From: Ignavibacteriales bacterium
GTDB taxonomy: Bacteria > Bacteroidota > Ignavibacteria > Ignavibacteriales > SURF-24
NCBI GenBank assembly: GCA_050258815.1
Contig: JBLMZM010000053.1
Coordinates: forward strand, 20,060 to 84,059
Direction of reading: 5' to 3'
DNA: 64,000 bases
Below are positions 27,378 through 37,853 of the stretch, in pieces. The translations under genes were made by a program, and so were the position numbers. Numbering within the stretch: the first letter of the stretch is position 1; each line of letters begins with the position of its first letter. The notes under the pieces were generated by a model. It saw only the letters and a program-made list of their open reading frames with translations, was not told where the DNA came from and ran no database searches.

Positions 27378-30197
27378 TTATTTGAATAAAAAGGGTAATT
27401 CTAATTCTATTTTTTTTGTCTCTAAAGATCTGAAATAAACAATTCCATATGGCACACTGTCGGGCGGATAATAATACGCCGGCTTTTCAACAATGCAGTT
27501 CAGGCTTTTCTCAATACACGGATACAGCTGTATACGGTTATTCCGCCCATACTGTACCAGCAGGTCAGCCGGAGCATTGACGTTTGTAGTCTCCTTTATC
27601 CTCACGCTGGCATTTCCCGCCTTTATGGCAAATGCCGGAATGAGTTCCAGGCGCAGCTTTGTACTGTCGGCATCACCAAAAGAGTTCATCACGGTTAAAC
27701 GCCCGCTCTGGTAATTAAGCCCGTCTTTCATTACAGCCTTACCCGATTCATCATAAACTATCAGTGAGAAATCCGTAAACTTGTTGAAATCCTCTTTGCT
27801 CATACGCACCACAAAATCCTTGGAACTTTCATTTTTACGGATAACAAAGGGATACACATACCTGTCGGTCCCATTAAATTCAGCCGAAAACTCTTTCTGA
27901 TATCCTAACATTTTGCCGCTGAGCTCGTATTCCTTTACCTGTTCAAAGCTGTTTACAACCGGTATGCTGCTGTTCTTTTCATTAAGCACCAATACCTCTT
28001 TGGCCGGATTTACTCCCGAACATTCAATAGCCAGGCTATAAGTAGAAACTCCCTTTGCCAGGAAATTACCGTGAACAACGAGCTCATAAACTCCAGGCTT
28101 CAGGTTTTCATGATTTGAGGTAATTTCAGTTTCCTTTGCATCCGAATCCAGAAGCTGGGAGGTATGGATGCCAACACCGTCAGGATCAAAAAGACGGTAA
28201 ACAGCCTGTGCATATTCCTTTCCCTCGGAACTGATCTTTATGGCAACATTTCCCGTTCCCGGTGGAATGTTAAGAAAATACCTTTTGTGCCTGCCTGGTG
28301 ACAGTTTTTCCCCCTGGAATGCAACCTTGTAATTATTGTCCCTCGTAAATTCGTAAGGAATTATGGCAGTTGCAAGCATGCTGAATTCAGGCACCGACCT
28401 GTTGCCTTCACTAAAGGCGGAGATCCTGCCAGTATAAAGCCCTGGTTCGGCCATTTTGGATTTATCAAACCTCACAGAAACGTACGTGCCTTGTGCATTT
28501 CTCAGATAGGTCTTCTTCTGTATGGGTTTAAGCCAGTTGCAGTCGCTCTCAATATTAAAGGTTCTGTAAAACTTGTCTGCTGAACCCGCCTTTGCCCTGG
28601 AGATATTATACCTGAACACGTCAGAGTCTTTAATTACATTGCCATTTCTGAAGTACAGATTCTGGGCTCTGTCGTTAAGCATGCTGGGGACATAAGCCAC
28701 AATGTTATAGTCCTCTGCGTCCATATATTCTTTATCCCTTATCATCTTTTCCAGCTCTGAGAATGCATTTACGGCGTTGATATAACCGGCGCCCTGGTCA
28801 AGAGAATTATAACCCTGCATTTTAACGGCACCCGCTCTTACGGCTTTGAACAATATCTGTGAGGGGATCCTGACGTCAGGATATTTCTGGCTAAGGCCGC
28901 TTAGCATGAGGGACATTACTCCGGCCGTATATGGAGAAGCCATACTTGTGCCCCACATCCTGTCATTCGACATCCAGTTAGGTACCGTGGAAACACAGGC
29001 CCCGGGTGAGCATATATCTGGCTTTGATACTTCGCCGCCCCTTGAACTGAAATGGAGAATAATGTCTTCGTCCAGCGTTGCACCGTAAACATCACGGCCT
29101 ACTTCCTTCGTCAGTATTGCACCCGAAGAGAATACATATTTTGAAGATGCCGGCAGCCCTGAACTGGAGATGCCGGGACCGTTATTTCCGTTTGAAGTGC
29201 AGACATAAAGATATGGATTCTTTTTCAGAAGATCCTGCAAAAACAATTCCATATCCGATCCGCCTTCAATAACGCTTCCTATCCCGAAACTCATGTTAAT
29301 TATGCATGGCTCTTTGATTACCTTTGAAAGCGAATCGGCATAAATGAATGCCCTTTTCATGCTTTCACTTACCGTGGCACCGCCCGACATGGTGTTCTGA
29401 CCGATTTTCAGGGCAATTAATTTTGCGCCCGGAGCCACCCCGTTGAAGTGCTTATCCCTGCCGATCTGGTACCCTGCTGCTATACCTGCAACATGGGTGC
29501 CATGCCCGCCGTCGTCATAGAACACGTTTATTTTTCTTTCCATGGGGAAAATATTAAATGCAAATGTAAACGGAGGTATTTTGCCGGGATTCTTGATCTG
29601 GAATGTATCGAACTTTTCATGATAGCTTCTTAAAGGCTTTTCATCCGAGAGGCTTCCGTCCGCATTGGTATCAAAATAGGCCACCCAGAATTCCTCGCCG
29701 TTAAGGGAAGTCTTAAATGTTACAACTAAGAAGCTGTCGTCTGTTTTACCGTTACCGTTCAGGTCCCTGACGCCCGCATTGGAATTTAAGAATCTTTCCT
29801 CGTCGAAGTTTCCAATAAAGTACTTCCCGTCAACTGCCTTCATTGCAAGCTGGTCAATTCCCATGACGGAAAGCTTCTGCTCTTCGTTTACCGCGGATGA
29901 CAGATTCCCGTTACTGCTAATTTTTGCTTCATAAAGCTTCAGATCCCCCTGTCCGGTAAGATCTCTTACATCAATAACTTTTGATTCGCCATTGGGTGTA
30001 GTCCTGAGTCCCTCAATACCCATATCCACACCGGTATCGAATATAAAAATAATTGTTCCCCTTCCGTCATATTGGGGATAAGTGGTTAAAAAACTTTCTA
30101 CTCCTGTCGGTTTCAGCGAAAGGAAAGTCTGTGAAGTGTCCTGTGCGAATACCCGGAGAGTCAGTAGTAGAAAACAAAGAAAATATCTTGGTTTCAT
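27378..30197 (-). CDS. secreted S8-family (subtilisin-like, tripeptidyl-peptidase II-like) serine peptidase
   Basis: 939 aa with a signal peptide. The catalytic triad contexts are FDTGVD, HGTHVAGIAAG and GTSMASPYTAG, followed by a long C-terminal beta-rich extension. Confidence 0.85.
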   Translation of the reverse strand: MKPRYFLCFLLLTLRVFAQDTSQTFLSLKPTGVESFLTTYPQYDGRGTIIFIFDTGVDMGIEGLRTTPNGESKVIDVRDLTGQGDLKLYEAKISSNGNLSSAVNEEQKLSVMGIDQLAMKAVDGKYFIGNFDEERFLNSNAGVRDLNGNGKTDDSFLVVTFKTSLNGEEFWVAYFDTNADGSLSDEKPLRSYHEKFDTFQIKNPGKIPPFTFAFNIFPMERKINVFYDDGGHGTHVAGIAAGYQIGRDKHFNGVAPGAKLIALKIGQNTMSGGATVSESMKRAFIYADSLSKVIKEPCIINMSFGIGSVIEGGSDMELFLQDLLKKNPYLYVCTSNGNNGPGISSSGLPASSKYVFSSGAILTKEVGRDVYGATLDEDIILHFSSRGGEVSKPDICSPGACVSTVPNWMSNDRMWGTSMASPYTAGVMSLMLSGLSQKYPDVRIPSQILFKAVRAGAVKMQGYNSLDQGAGYINAVNAFSELEKMIRDKEYMDAEDYNIVAYVPSMLNDRAQNLYFRNGNVIKDSDVFRYNISRAKAGSADKFYRTFNIESDCNWLKPIQKKTYLRNAQGTYVSVRFDKSKMAEPGLYTGRISAFSEGNRSVPEFSMLATAIIPYEFTRDNNYKVAFQGEKLSPGRHKRYFLNIPPGTGNVAIKISSEGKEYAQAVYRLFDPDGVGIHTSQLLDSDAKETEITSNHENLKPGVYELVVHGNFLAKGVSTYSLAIECSGVNPAKEVLVLNEKNSSIPVVNSFEQVKEYELSGKMLGYQKEFSAEFNGTDRYVYPFVIRKNESSKDFVVRMSKEDFNKFTDFSLIVYDESGKAVMKDGLNYQSGRLTVMNSFGDADSTKLRLELIPAFAIKAGNASVRIKETTNVNAPADLLVQYGRNNRIQLYPCIEKSLNCIVEKPAYYYPPDSVPYGIVYFRSLETKKIELELPFLFK

Positions 30198-30398
30198 GGC
30201 AGCAACTGTTTGTTTGTGTTTTTAATCCGAAAAATTAAATAAATAAGACCTGAAAGAAAAGAATTAAATGGATACTGTAAGAAGTTTTTTACGAAAGGTT
30301 TATAGAATGTTTGAATGAGGTCATCATGGCAGGATTTAATCCCTTATAATTCCTCCTGGAAAGCAATTGAACTCCTGTTTCCCGGTTAAACGGGTTAT

Positions 30399-32279
30399 CT
30401 ATACGGGCAAGGGAAAGCTGAGTGTTATGGTAGTGCCTTCATCTATCAAACTATCCACCTTCAGCACACCTCCCATCATCTTTGTAAGATTGTAAGCAAT
30501 CGTAAGACCAAGTCCCGCACCCTCAAACTGTCTTTTATGCCCCTCATCCTCCTGGGCAAAGGGTTCGAACATGCGTGTCAGGTTTTCTTTTTTGATGCCT
30601 TTTCCGGTATCGGAGATGATGATTTTTGCTGAACCCGTATCCAGCTTAGCCTTCAGGAGCACCCGGCCCTTGGGTTCAGTGTATTTTATTGCGTTATCAG
30701 TAAGTACCGAAATAATTTTCTCCAGCTTCTGACGGTCAGCGTTTATCGACAGGTTCTCGTCCTCTATCTCCAGGTCGAATTTCATGGTTTTTTCTACGGC
30801 ACTGCTCATCATCTCCTGGTAGACGTTTCTAAGCACCTCGCCTATTCTGGTTCTGGAGATTTCAAACTCTGTTTCACCGGATTCTATCAGAGAAACTTCA
30901 AGTATATTATCCACCAGCTTAAGCAGCCTGGCGTATCCTTCCTTTAAATAAGGGAACAGTTCGGCTGCAGACTCCATGTTTCCAGCCACAACGTCGTCTT
31001 CAATCAGCTCGGAATAACCTACAATGGCATTAAGCGGAGTCCTGATTTCATGCGACATATTTGCTAAAAATGAGCTTTTCAATTTATTGATGTGCGTTTC
31101 CCTCTGGTATGCTTTCCTCAGGCGCTCTTCATTAGTTAACTGCTCGGTTATATCCTTAAGACTGATAATGAATATTCTCTGTGACTCGTACAGGTCCTCT
31201 GTATAGGTAATTGAGCCCAGGTATTCGCGGTTTAACACATAATTCTTGTAGCGGAATTCATTAAACGGGTTATTAATTTTAAGCAGCGTACTGATAGCAC
31301 GCGTAAGAATGAGAAGGAAATGCTCGTCAAATACCTCAGTAATATTCTTCTCAAGAGCTTTTTCTCTTTTTATTGAAAAGGTCTCATAAAAATTGTCATT
31401 GGCATTTTCAAAATATAACGTCTCTTTCTCGCTGCGCAAAATGAGCAGCAGGTCAGTGATGTTATTTATTATCATTTTCTGTCTTTCTTCGGACCTTTTT
31501 ATAATTCTGTTCTTCAGGACATAATTAGTGATGTCATTAGCGGTAACAATAAAATTGACCGGTTCCGACTCGCCCTTCATAACAGGAGTGATTGTCACCT
31601 CCCTGAACCAAAGCGATCCCTCCTCACTGATATCCGAGATTATTTTTATGCACTTTTCGCGCATACTTATCTTTAGCTTCACATCCTCCAGATCCGATGG
31701 TCCCAAATGGTTCCCAAGAACCTCATGCAAAGACTTATTAAAAATGAATTCAATGCTCGTGTTCAGGATGGCTTCAAATGACTTTGTTGAATAGGTTATC
31801 TTCCCCTTCTCATCGGTTATTATAACCGGTACATTTCCAAACTCAAGGGCGTTATGCAGTGTATTTATCTTATTTTCGATCTTGCGCTTGTCTTCCAGCG
31901 AGGAAAGAATAAGCACAAAAAATTCCTGCTCCCTGACAAATATTCTTTCAATTTCCACCAGGAAGTTTAATTGAGTCTGTCCGTCGGGCTTGGGGATAAA
32001 AAGTTCGAAATGGAAACTGCTGTATCTGCTCTGTGCCAGGCCTTCAATTAGAAAGAAGAGGTTGGGTTCAGAATCCAGTTCTGAAAAATTGCTGCCTTCC
32101 TTAAGAGAAAATGAACTCTCAAAGGCATGATTTGCATAGACAATTACTCCCGAATGGTTTACAATTACCAGGGATCTGGTATCGGGAAATTCTTCCAACA
32201 ATTTAAAATCACTGAGGGATTCAAATCTTTTTGGGAAACTATCCAATTCTTCTGCGCCGCCGGAGAATATATCAGTCAT
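30399..32279 (-). CDS. cytoplasmic multi-PAS sensor histidine kinase
   Basis: 626 aa. About three PAS-like modules, then H-box SHEIRTPLNAIVGY, N-box LTDNAIKYT and G-boxes DTGKGI / GAGLGL. Confidence 0.85.
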   Translation of the reverse strand: MTDIFSGGAEELDSFPKRFESLSDFKLLEEFPDTRSLVIVNHSGVIVYANHAFESSFSLKEGSNFSELDSEPNLFFLIEGLAQSRYSSFHFELFIPKPDGQTQLNFLVEIERIFVREQEFFVLILSSLEDKRKIENKINTLHNALEFGNVPVIITDEKGKITYSTKSFEAILNTSIEFIFNKSLHEVLGNHLGPSDLEDVKLKISMREKCIKIISDISEEGSLWFREVTITPVMKGESEPVNFIVTANDITNYVLKNRIIKRSEERQKMIINNITDLLLILRSEKETLYFENANDNFYETFSIKREKALEKNITEVFDEHFLLILTRAISTLLKINNPFNEFRYKNYVLNREYLGSITYTEDLYESQRIFIISLKDITEQLTNEERLRKAYQRETHINKLKSSFLANMSHEIRTPLNAIVGYSELIEDDVVAGNMESAAELFPYLKEGYARLLKLVDNILEVSLIESGETEFEISRTRIGEVLRNVYQEMMSSAVEKTMKFDLEIEDENLSINADRQKLEKIISVLTDNAIKYTEPKGRVLLKAKLDTGSAKIIISDTGKGIKKENLTRMFEPFAQEDEGHKRQFEGAGLGLTIAYNLTKMMGGVLKVDSLIDEGTTITLSFPLPV

Positions 32280-32961
32280 TTATTACTGCAATTTTTTCTA
32301 TTGTTACTGGTTCTGTATTATCATCCGGAAAAATAAGTCGGCCCGATAACTTATCCGGAAATATTTTGTCTATTAATGTAAAGAGTACCGTATTTATGTA
32401 TTCGAACTCCCGTGCAAGATTATCCCTGATCCCGTCCATCAGCTCGCCTAAAACAACGCTGTCAGAGCGGTTAATTTCTCCTGCCATTTCCAGGGCACTT
32501 ATTCTTCCAAATAAACTCTTCAGACCCAGGAGATTCATTATCTGAAGGTCCTCCTGCGGGAATTGATTATCTTTTTTTACGGATAACTTCAGCGTAGTTT
32601 TACTACTGATCCCCTGCACCATCATCACATATGTAATATCGTAAAAGAGCCGGCTGTTAATATAAAACTTTAAAAAATCAATTTCCGTATGGAATTCAAA
32701 ACCACCGGTAGAAAACCCGACAGATAGCTTTTCATTGCCCGAAAAGCTGAGTTCTTTTAGTTGCCAGTTGATTTTTGATATATAATGGGCTGCCGGAGAA
32801 AATCTGATTGAATCGTGCACAATCAGTTGATTCAAATGGCCGCCGTGAAAAAACTTGTTGAGACCCGAATAGCTGCCGTCACCCTTATTTAACAACAGAC
32901 CTGGCTTGATATTTATAATTTTATCGAGCATTCCTGTTTCCTTTACAGTATTATCGTACAA
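32272..32961 (-). CDS. hypothetical protein, translationally coupled to the PAS kinase
   Basis: 229 aa with no domain recognised. It has a TTG start at 32961 (alternative ATG at 32931). Its stop overlaps the kinase ATG by 8 nt (ATGACTGA). Confidence 0.5.
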   Translation of the reverse strand: MYDNTVKETGMLDKIINIKPGLLLNKGDGSYSGLNKFFHGGHLNQLIVHDSIRFSPAAHYISKINWQLKELSFSGNEKLSVGFSTGGFEFHTEIDFLKFYINSRLFYDITYVMMVQGISSKTTLKLSVKKDNQFPQEDLQIMNLLGLKSLFGRISALEMAGEINRSDSVVLGELMDGIRDNLAREFEYINTVLFTLIDKIFPDKLSGRLIFPDDNTEPVTIEKIAVIND

Positions 32962-33150
32962 ACGGACAGAATGTTAAGAACAATGTCTGCAGATTTTAGT
33001 TCTCATGGTAACTTTGTGAAAACTGGGCACAGACGTGCCTCTGCCCACGGCTGAGAGGTGTGATGATGATGCTGGAATTTAACGCTAAATCTGTTCAAAC
33101 CAGGGGTAAACCCGATTGGTAAAACTTAAAGAACCTTGTGCGCCATCACC

Positions 33151-35715
33151 TTATACATCACCGCTTTTTACAAGCACTAGTGTAATATCATCATTCTGCT
33201 CTCTGCGGCCCCTGAATTCAATGATGGAGTCGAATACTGAGGACATTATCTCATGGGCACTATTACGGTTGTTCCGGATTATTACATTTGCCAGCTCATC
33301 AGCACCAAACATTTCATTATCCTCATTCATGGCCTCGCTTATGCCGTCCGAATAAATGGCATAAATGTGCCCCGGCTCGAATGGAAGTTCCATTTCTTCC
33401 AGTGTATCCATAAAAATCTTCCCCTCTTCGAGTCCAAGACCTATGCCCTTGGGCTGGTAGAGTTTAACCGAATTATTACAGATATCAAGCAGCTGAGAAT
33501 GCCCGGCACGGCAGAACCTGACGGTCCTTTCAGAAGTATCAAAGAGAGCCAGTGTTGCTGTTATAAACCAGTTGCGCTCAATGCTTTCATATATTTTTTT
33601 ATTTATGTCGATCAATATTTCCCTGGGGGTCCTGCCCTCTGTACAGTAGAGCCGCATCATGGTCTGAAGCTTCGACATATAAAGTGAGGCAGACAGCCCC
33701 TTGCCCGATACGTCCCCTACAACTACAAATATTCTGTGGGGGGATACCCTTATAAAATCGTAATAATCCCCGCCCACCTGCATTGCAGGGATCATGCGAC
33801 CGCTTATATCAATGCCCTTTAGCTGAGGGATTGCCTTTGGAAGCAGATTCTCCTGTATTCTGCGGGCATTTTCCAGATCCCTTTCCAGAGTCAGCCTTTG
33901 AGCTTCGGACTGATACAGTCGGGCATTTTCAATGGATACTGCCGCCTGGTTGGCTGCAGCACACAGGAGTTCCAGATCCTTACCTGCAAACTGTGAGCCG
34001 GAATGCTTTAAACCGAATGCCAGAAGACCTATTAGTTTGGCCTTCATAATCATCGGTATAATAGTATAAATCTGGGCGGCAATCAGTTTTTCACAATCTT
34101 CAGGAAAAAGCTCCTGAAATTGCTGACGGTCAACCGTAACCGGCATCTGCAGTACAAGCTGCTGGCGGATGTAATGCGTAAGCCGCAGATCATTGTCGCA
34201 GATAGTGAGATTACCAGCCTGAAGAGTCCCGGTCTCCCTTTTTAGCTGAAATACGTGAGGCGCATCTTCATTTAAGAGAATGGCGAAATGCTTCAGATTC
34301 AGAGAGTTGACAAACGTGGTCTTCATGGAATCGAGTATATTTTCCAGTCCTACAATACTAACCACGTCACTTCCGAACTTTAATATTACCTTCTGATAGG
34401 CAAACTGTTCGGGATAAAATTTCTTTGTAAGTACTTCCTGGAACCTGTTCTTTGTTGACTGGAAGACCAGCGCAAACACCACAAATGCCACGGCCGCAAT
34501 TCCATTCCTGTATTCAGTTCCTACAGCCTCACCTATACCCTGCCCGATGCCGTAAACCGTCAGGAAGTAAATTGCTGCAATGGTTATGGTAGCCGTGCCG
34601 TAAATAATAGTATTTTTTACGACAATGCTGACGTCCATCAGCTGATACTTAAAAATCGAGTAGCCAAAGGATACGGGTATTACCGCCACCAGTATTATCG
34701 GCATAAAGTATTCTGGCGTATTAAATATTGTATCTGCTATTACATTGGCAATCGTTACGGTATATATTAAGGAACCGACACCGAGTATATAAGCAACCAA
34801 TATGATAAATACCGGCTTCTTTTCACTCCTGGTCTTCATCCGCCTGTAATTAATCAGCAGTGAAACCAGACCCGTAATGAGCCCTGCCGTTAAAAGAACG
34901 TTGATTGCAAGTATTACAATTTTAAAGTTTGAGGGATCTCTCCTGAGATAAACAAAATATACCCTGTATATATAGGAAATGACGAACAGGCCAAGAGGCA
35001 CAATCAAAAATGCCTTGCGGATCCATTTTTTTTCTACCAGCCTGAAGGGTTTGGGAAAATTCCAGAACAGGAAGACAATAGCAAATGCTAGTAAAAAAGC
35101 CGAGAGAGTCCAGACAAAATCGACAATTGCAGCAATTATATACCGTTCCATCCTCAATTCCTGCAAGCTGAAGCCTGGAAGCAGCGACAGTGTAAAGGTC
35201 AGCACAAACAGGGCTCCCACCCTGTAGAAAAGCCTTTGCACGTAGCCGTCCGGCTTTGCCATAATAACCACAAAGCCAACAATGAGCCAGATTATTCCCA
35301 ATAGGTTAAAACCCAGTGTGCTGAAGTTGATTAGTTTTTTTACGTATACCGTCGTCTGAAATTCTTTCCCATCCCTGGAAACGGTGTACCTGGCATACTG
35401 GCCGGCCTTGTATCTGTTCAGCGTAACAGAAGCAACTATATTATTGGGCAGTCTTACATCACCAATTGCAACCAGACGGTCACCGTTTCTGATGCCGGCA
35501 TTCCACGCCACACCTTCATTTTTCACCTTTTCAAAGAATATGAATACAGAATCCGCACTAACGCGCTTCTCAACCCAGAGACATTCATCATTGGATACCG
35601 GAGTAACTTCCAGTGAAAAGTATAAATTAGTCAGACCCAATACAGCCAGCAGTACCGTCACTACAATAATAATATTCCGTCTGTATTTTTGTATAAAAAG
35701 CTTTATTTTTTTCAT
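33151..35715 (-). CDS. PDZ / multi-TM / GAF / SpoIIE(PP2C) sensor phosphatase
   Basis: 854 aa. TM1, then a PDZ-like segment (GVAWNAGIRNGDRLVAIG), about 8 further TM helices, a GAF-like region, and PP2C motifs GGDYYDF...VVGDVSGKG...YSDGISEA. Confidence 0.8.
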   Translation of the reverse strand: MKKIKLFIQKYRRNIIIVVTVLLAVLGLTNLYFSLEVTPVSNDECLWVEKRVSADSVFIFFEKVKNEGVAWNAGIRNGDRLVAIGDVRLPNNIVASVTLNRYKAGQYARYTVSRDGKEFQTTVYVKKLINFSTLGFNLLGIIWLIVGFVVIMAKPDGYVQRLFYRVGALFVLTFTLSLLPGFSLQELRMERYIIAAIVDFVWTLSAFLLAFAIVFLFWNFPKPFRLVEKKWIRKAFLIVPLGLFVISYIYRVYFVYLRRDPSNFKIVILAINVLLTAGLITGLVSLLINYRRMKTRSEKKPVFIILVAYILGVGSLIYTVTIANVIADTIFNTPEYFMPIILVAVIPVSFGYSIFKYQLMDVSIVVKNTIIYGTATITIAAIYFLTVYGIGQGIGEAVGTEYRNGIAAVAFVVFALVFQSTKNRFQEVLTKKFYPEQFAYQKVILKFGSDVVSIVGLENILDSMKTTFVNSLNLKHFAILLNEDAPHVFQLKRETGTLQAGNLTICDNDLRLTHYIRQQLVLQMPVTVDRQQFQELFPEDCEKLIAAQIYTIIPMIMKAKLIGLLAFGLKHSGSQFAGKDLELLCAAANQAAVSIENARLYQSEAQRLTLERDLENARRIQENLLPKAIPQLKGIDISGRMIPAMQVGGDYYDFIRVSPHRIFVVVGDVSGKGLSASLYMSKLQTMMRLYCTEGRTPREILIDINKKIYESIERNWFITATLALFDTSERTVRFCRAGHSQLLDICNNSVKLYQPKGIGLGLEEGKIFMDTLEEMELPFEPGHIYAIYSDGISEAMNEDNEMFGADELANVIIRNNRNSAHEIMSSVFDSIIEFRGRREQNDDITLVLVKSGDV

Positions 35716-35719
35716 AACC

Positions 35720-37399
35720 CTACTTTACTCTAATGATCATAAGTGTGATATCATCACTCTGATTTGCACCATCGACAAACTTTTCCACTTCAGTCCTTAT
35801 GCTCCCTAAGATTTCACCGGCCGCCATGCCTTTGAGACCGACTGCTATTTGTTCGAGCCTTTCATCCGAAAACTCTTCCATCTGTTTATTCATCGCTTCT
35901 GTGATTCCATCGGTAAAAAGGATAATTGTGTCATCCTTCATCAGCTCAACTGATTCACTAAGGTAAGGGACGGTAGTTTTCAGTATTCCGAGTATCATTC
36001 CCCCCTTGGTCAGCTTCCGTATCTGTCCATCCCTTATGAGCAGCGGAGGATTATGACCGGCATTCACATAGGTAAGCATCCTGGTCTCGTCATCTAATAT
36101 GCCCCAGAAGAAAGTAATGAAATTTCCCATTACCGTATTTTCCGAGATAAGATCGTTTATCAGATCAGTTGCTTTATTGATCATCATTCCCTGTTTACAT
36201 ATACTTTTAAGGAAAGCCTGCAGGTTTGCCATGAGCAGTGCCGCCGGAACCCCTTTGCCGGAAACATCCCCGATTGCAAACAGGCAGTTTTTTTCATCCA
36301 GCCTGATAACGTCGTAGTAATCTCCGCCAACCTGCCTGGAGGAAATATTAATGGCTGAAATGTCAAAATTCTTTAATATGGGCAGCTTCTGCGGGAAAAG
36401 GTTTTTTTGAATATCCCTGGCAATTTCCAGATCCTCTTCCATCCTTTGCTTTTCAAGTGCTTCCTTGAACAGCTTGGCATTTTCAATGGAAATAATTGCC
36501 AGACTGCCTGTAGCAAATATAAATTCTATGTCCGATTCGGTAAATTCTTCACGGTTAAAGCGCTTGCCGAGCAGTATGAGTCCCTTGGTTTCCCCCTGTA
36601 TCTGCATTGGAATAACGAGCTCAACGCCTATTTCTCCCAGCACTTCATACTCGCCGCCAAAATCCGAACGGCGCAAAGGAGAACTGATTCCGGCAATATT
36701 GCATATTTTCAGCGTCTGGAGCAGCTGCTTGGGGAATTTGGATTCCAGCACGGTCAGGCCTTTGAGGTCGCAAAGAATGACCGCGTAGTTTGAAACTAAC
36801 AGCTGGCCAATGACCGAATAGACCAGGAGTTTGCTTACCTTGGAAGCCTCCAGTATACCGCTGAACTCCTTGCTCAGCTCAAAAAGCGAAGAAAGCATGC
36901 TGACCTTGGAATCCAGACTCTTGTTGAGTCTCTTTAGCTTTTCTACAATAATAGAATTTTCAATTGCAGTTGCGGCAATATTGATGAGCGTATTAAGGAA
37001 TTCCCTGTCTTCCTGTGAATATTCTTTCCTGCTCAGGCGTTCACCCAGGAAAACAAGTCCCCTGACCCCCTGAGATGAGATAATCTGCTGTGAGAACCGG
37101 ATCTTGTTTCTGCTGCAGAAATCATCCAGCAGGCCCGCGTCAAAATTTTCCCCGCACAGCTTTATATCGGGTAGTTCATCCAGTATAGAAACACCGAAGC
37201 CTTTATATGCCCTTACCTTTAGCTCGCCGCCGTCCTCAAACAGGGCTACAAGCCCCTTAGTGGTATGGAATTTCCCGAAACAGGTAAGCAGGAGGTTATT
37301 AAGCGTGAAATTCAGGTCCAGGCTGGAATTAATAAAATTACTGAAATCCACCAAGGCAGACAGATTTCTTTTGGCACCGTCAGTATCATAACTATTCAT
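35720..37399 (-). CDS. GAF-GAF-SpoIIE(PP2C) cytoplasmic phosphatase
   Basis: 559 aa with no TM segment. Two GAF-like modules, then GGDYYDV...AIGDVSGKG...FTDGITEA. Confidence 0.85.
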   Translation of the reverse strand: MNSYDTDGAKRNLSALVDFSNFINSSLDLNFTLNNLLLTCFGKFHTTKGLVALFEDGGELKVRAYKGFGVSILDELPDIKLCGENFDAGLLDDFCSRNKIRFSQQIISSQGVRGLVFLGERLSRKEYSQEDREFLNTLINIAATAIENSIIVEKLKRLNKSLDSKVSMLSSLFELSKEFSGILEASKVSKLLVYSVIGQLLVSNYAVILCDLKGLTVLESKFPKQLLQTLKICNIAGISSPLRRSDFGGEYEVLGEIGVELVIPMQIQGETKGLILLGKRFNREEFTESDIEFIFATGSLAIISIENAKLFKEALEKQRMEEDLEIARDIQKNLFPQKLPILKNFDISAINISSRQVGGDYYDVIRLDEKNCLFAIGDVSGKGVPAALLMANLQAFLKSICKQGMMINKATDLINDLISENTVMGNFITFFWGILDDETRMLTYVNAGHNPPLLIRDGQIRKLTKGGMILGILKTTVPYLSESVELMKDDTIILFTDGITEAMNKQMEEFSDERLEQIAVGLKGMAAGEILGSIRTEVEKFVDGANQSDDITLMIIRVK

Positions 37400-37419
37400 A
37401 CAAACTTTCTGATATTAGG

Positions 37420-37851
37420 CTAAAAATATTTAGTAAGGACAACCTGGTTCTTATCGCCGGCCGAGGAGCTGAAATTCACCTCATCCATGAGTTTTTTCAT
37501 CAGGTAAATACCCAGGCCGCCGATCTTATGCTGACGGTAATATTTCTTAATATCGGGGTCAGGCACCTGCGAGGGATCGAAATTACTCCCATGGTCTGTA
37601 ATGGAAACCGTCATCTTGTCCTTATTGATCTTAATATTGACTATAATATCTCCGTCGGGTGAGTACTTGTAGGCATGTTTGATAACGTTTGTACAAGCCT
37701 CATCAACGGCAAGGGCGATTTTATCAATAGTCTCATCCGTAAAGCCGCAGCTATGGGCTGCAGTCTTCGTAAATTCCCTGATTAATGCCAGGTTGTCAGT
37801 TGTACTCTTGACAACCAGCTCTTTTTCGAATGATATATTTGCTGTATTCAA
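37420..37851 (-). CDS. RsbW/SpoIIAB-like anti-sigma serine kinase (HATPase_c_2)
   Basis: 143 aa. ALAVDEACTNVIKHAY N-box and GGLGIYLMKKLMD G-box. It starts 2 nt after the STAS gene. Confidence 0.85.
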   Translation of the reverse strand: MNTANISFEKELVVKSTTDNLALIREFTKTAAHSCGFTDETIDKIALAVDEACTNVIKHAYKYSPDGDIIVNIKINKDKMTVSITDHGSNFDPSQVPDPDIKKYYRQHKIGGLGIYLMKKLMDEVNFSSSAGDKNQVVLTKYF

Positions 37852-37853
37852 TA

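Noticed and set aside
33020-33110. CTGAGA followed by GATGATGATGCTGGAA in the 190-bp spacer, reminiscent of a TPP riboswitch core.
   Set aside because: The flanking pairings required for P2/P3/P4 are absent. The motif is on the plus strand, whereas both neighbouring genes are on the minus strand.
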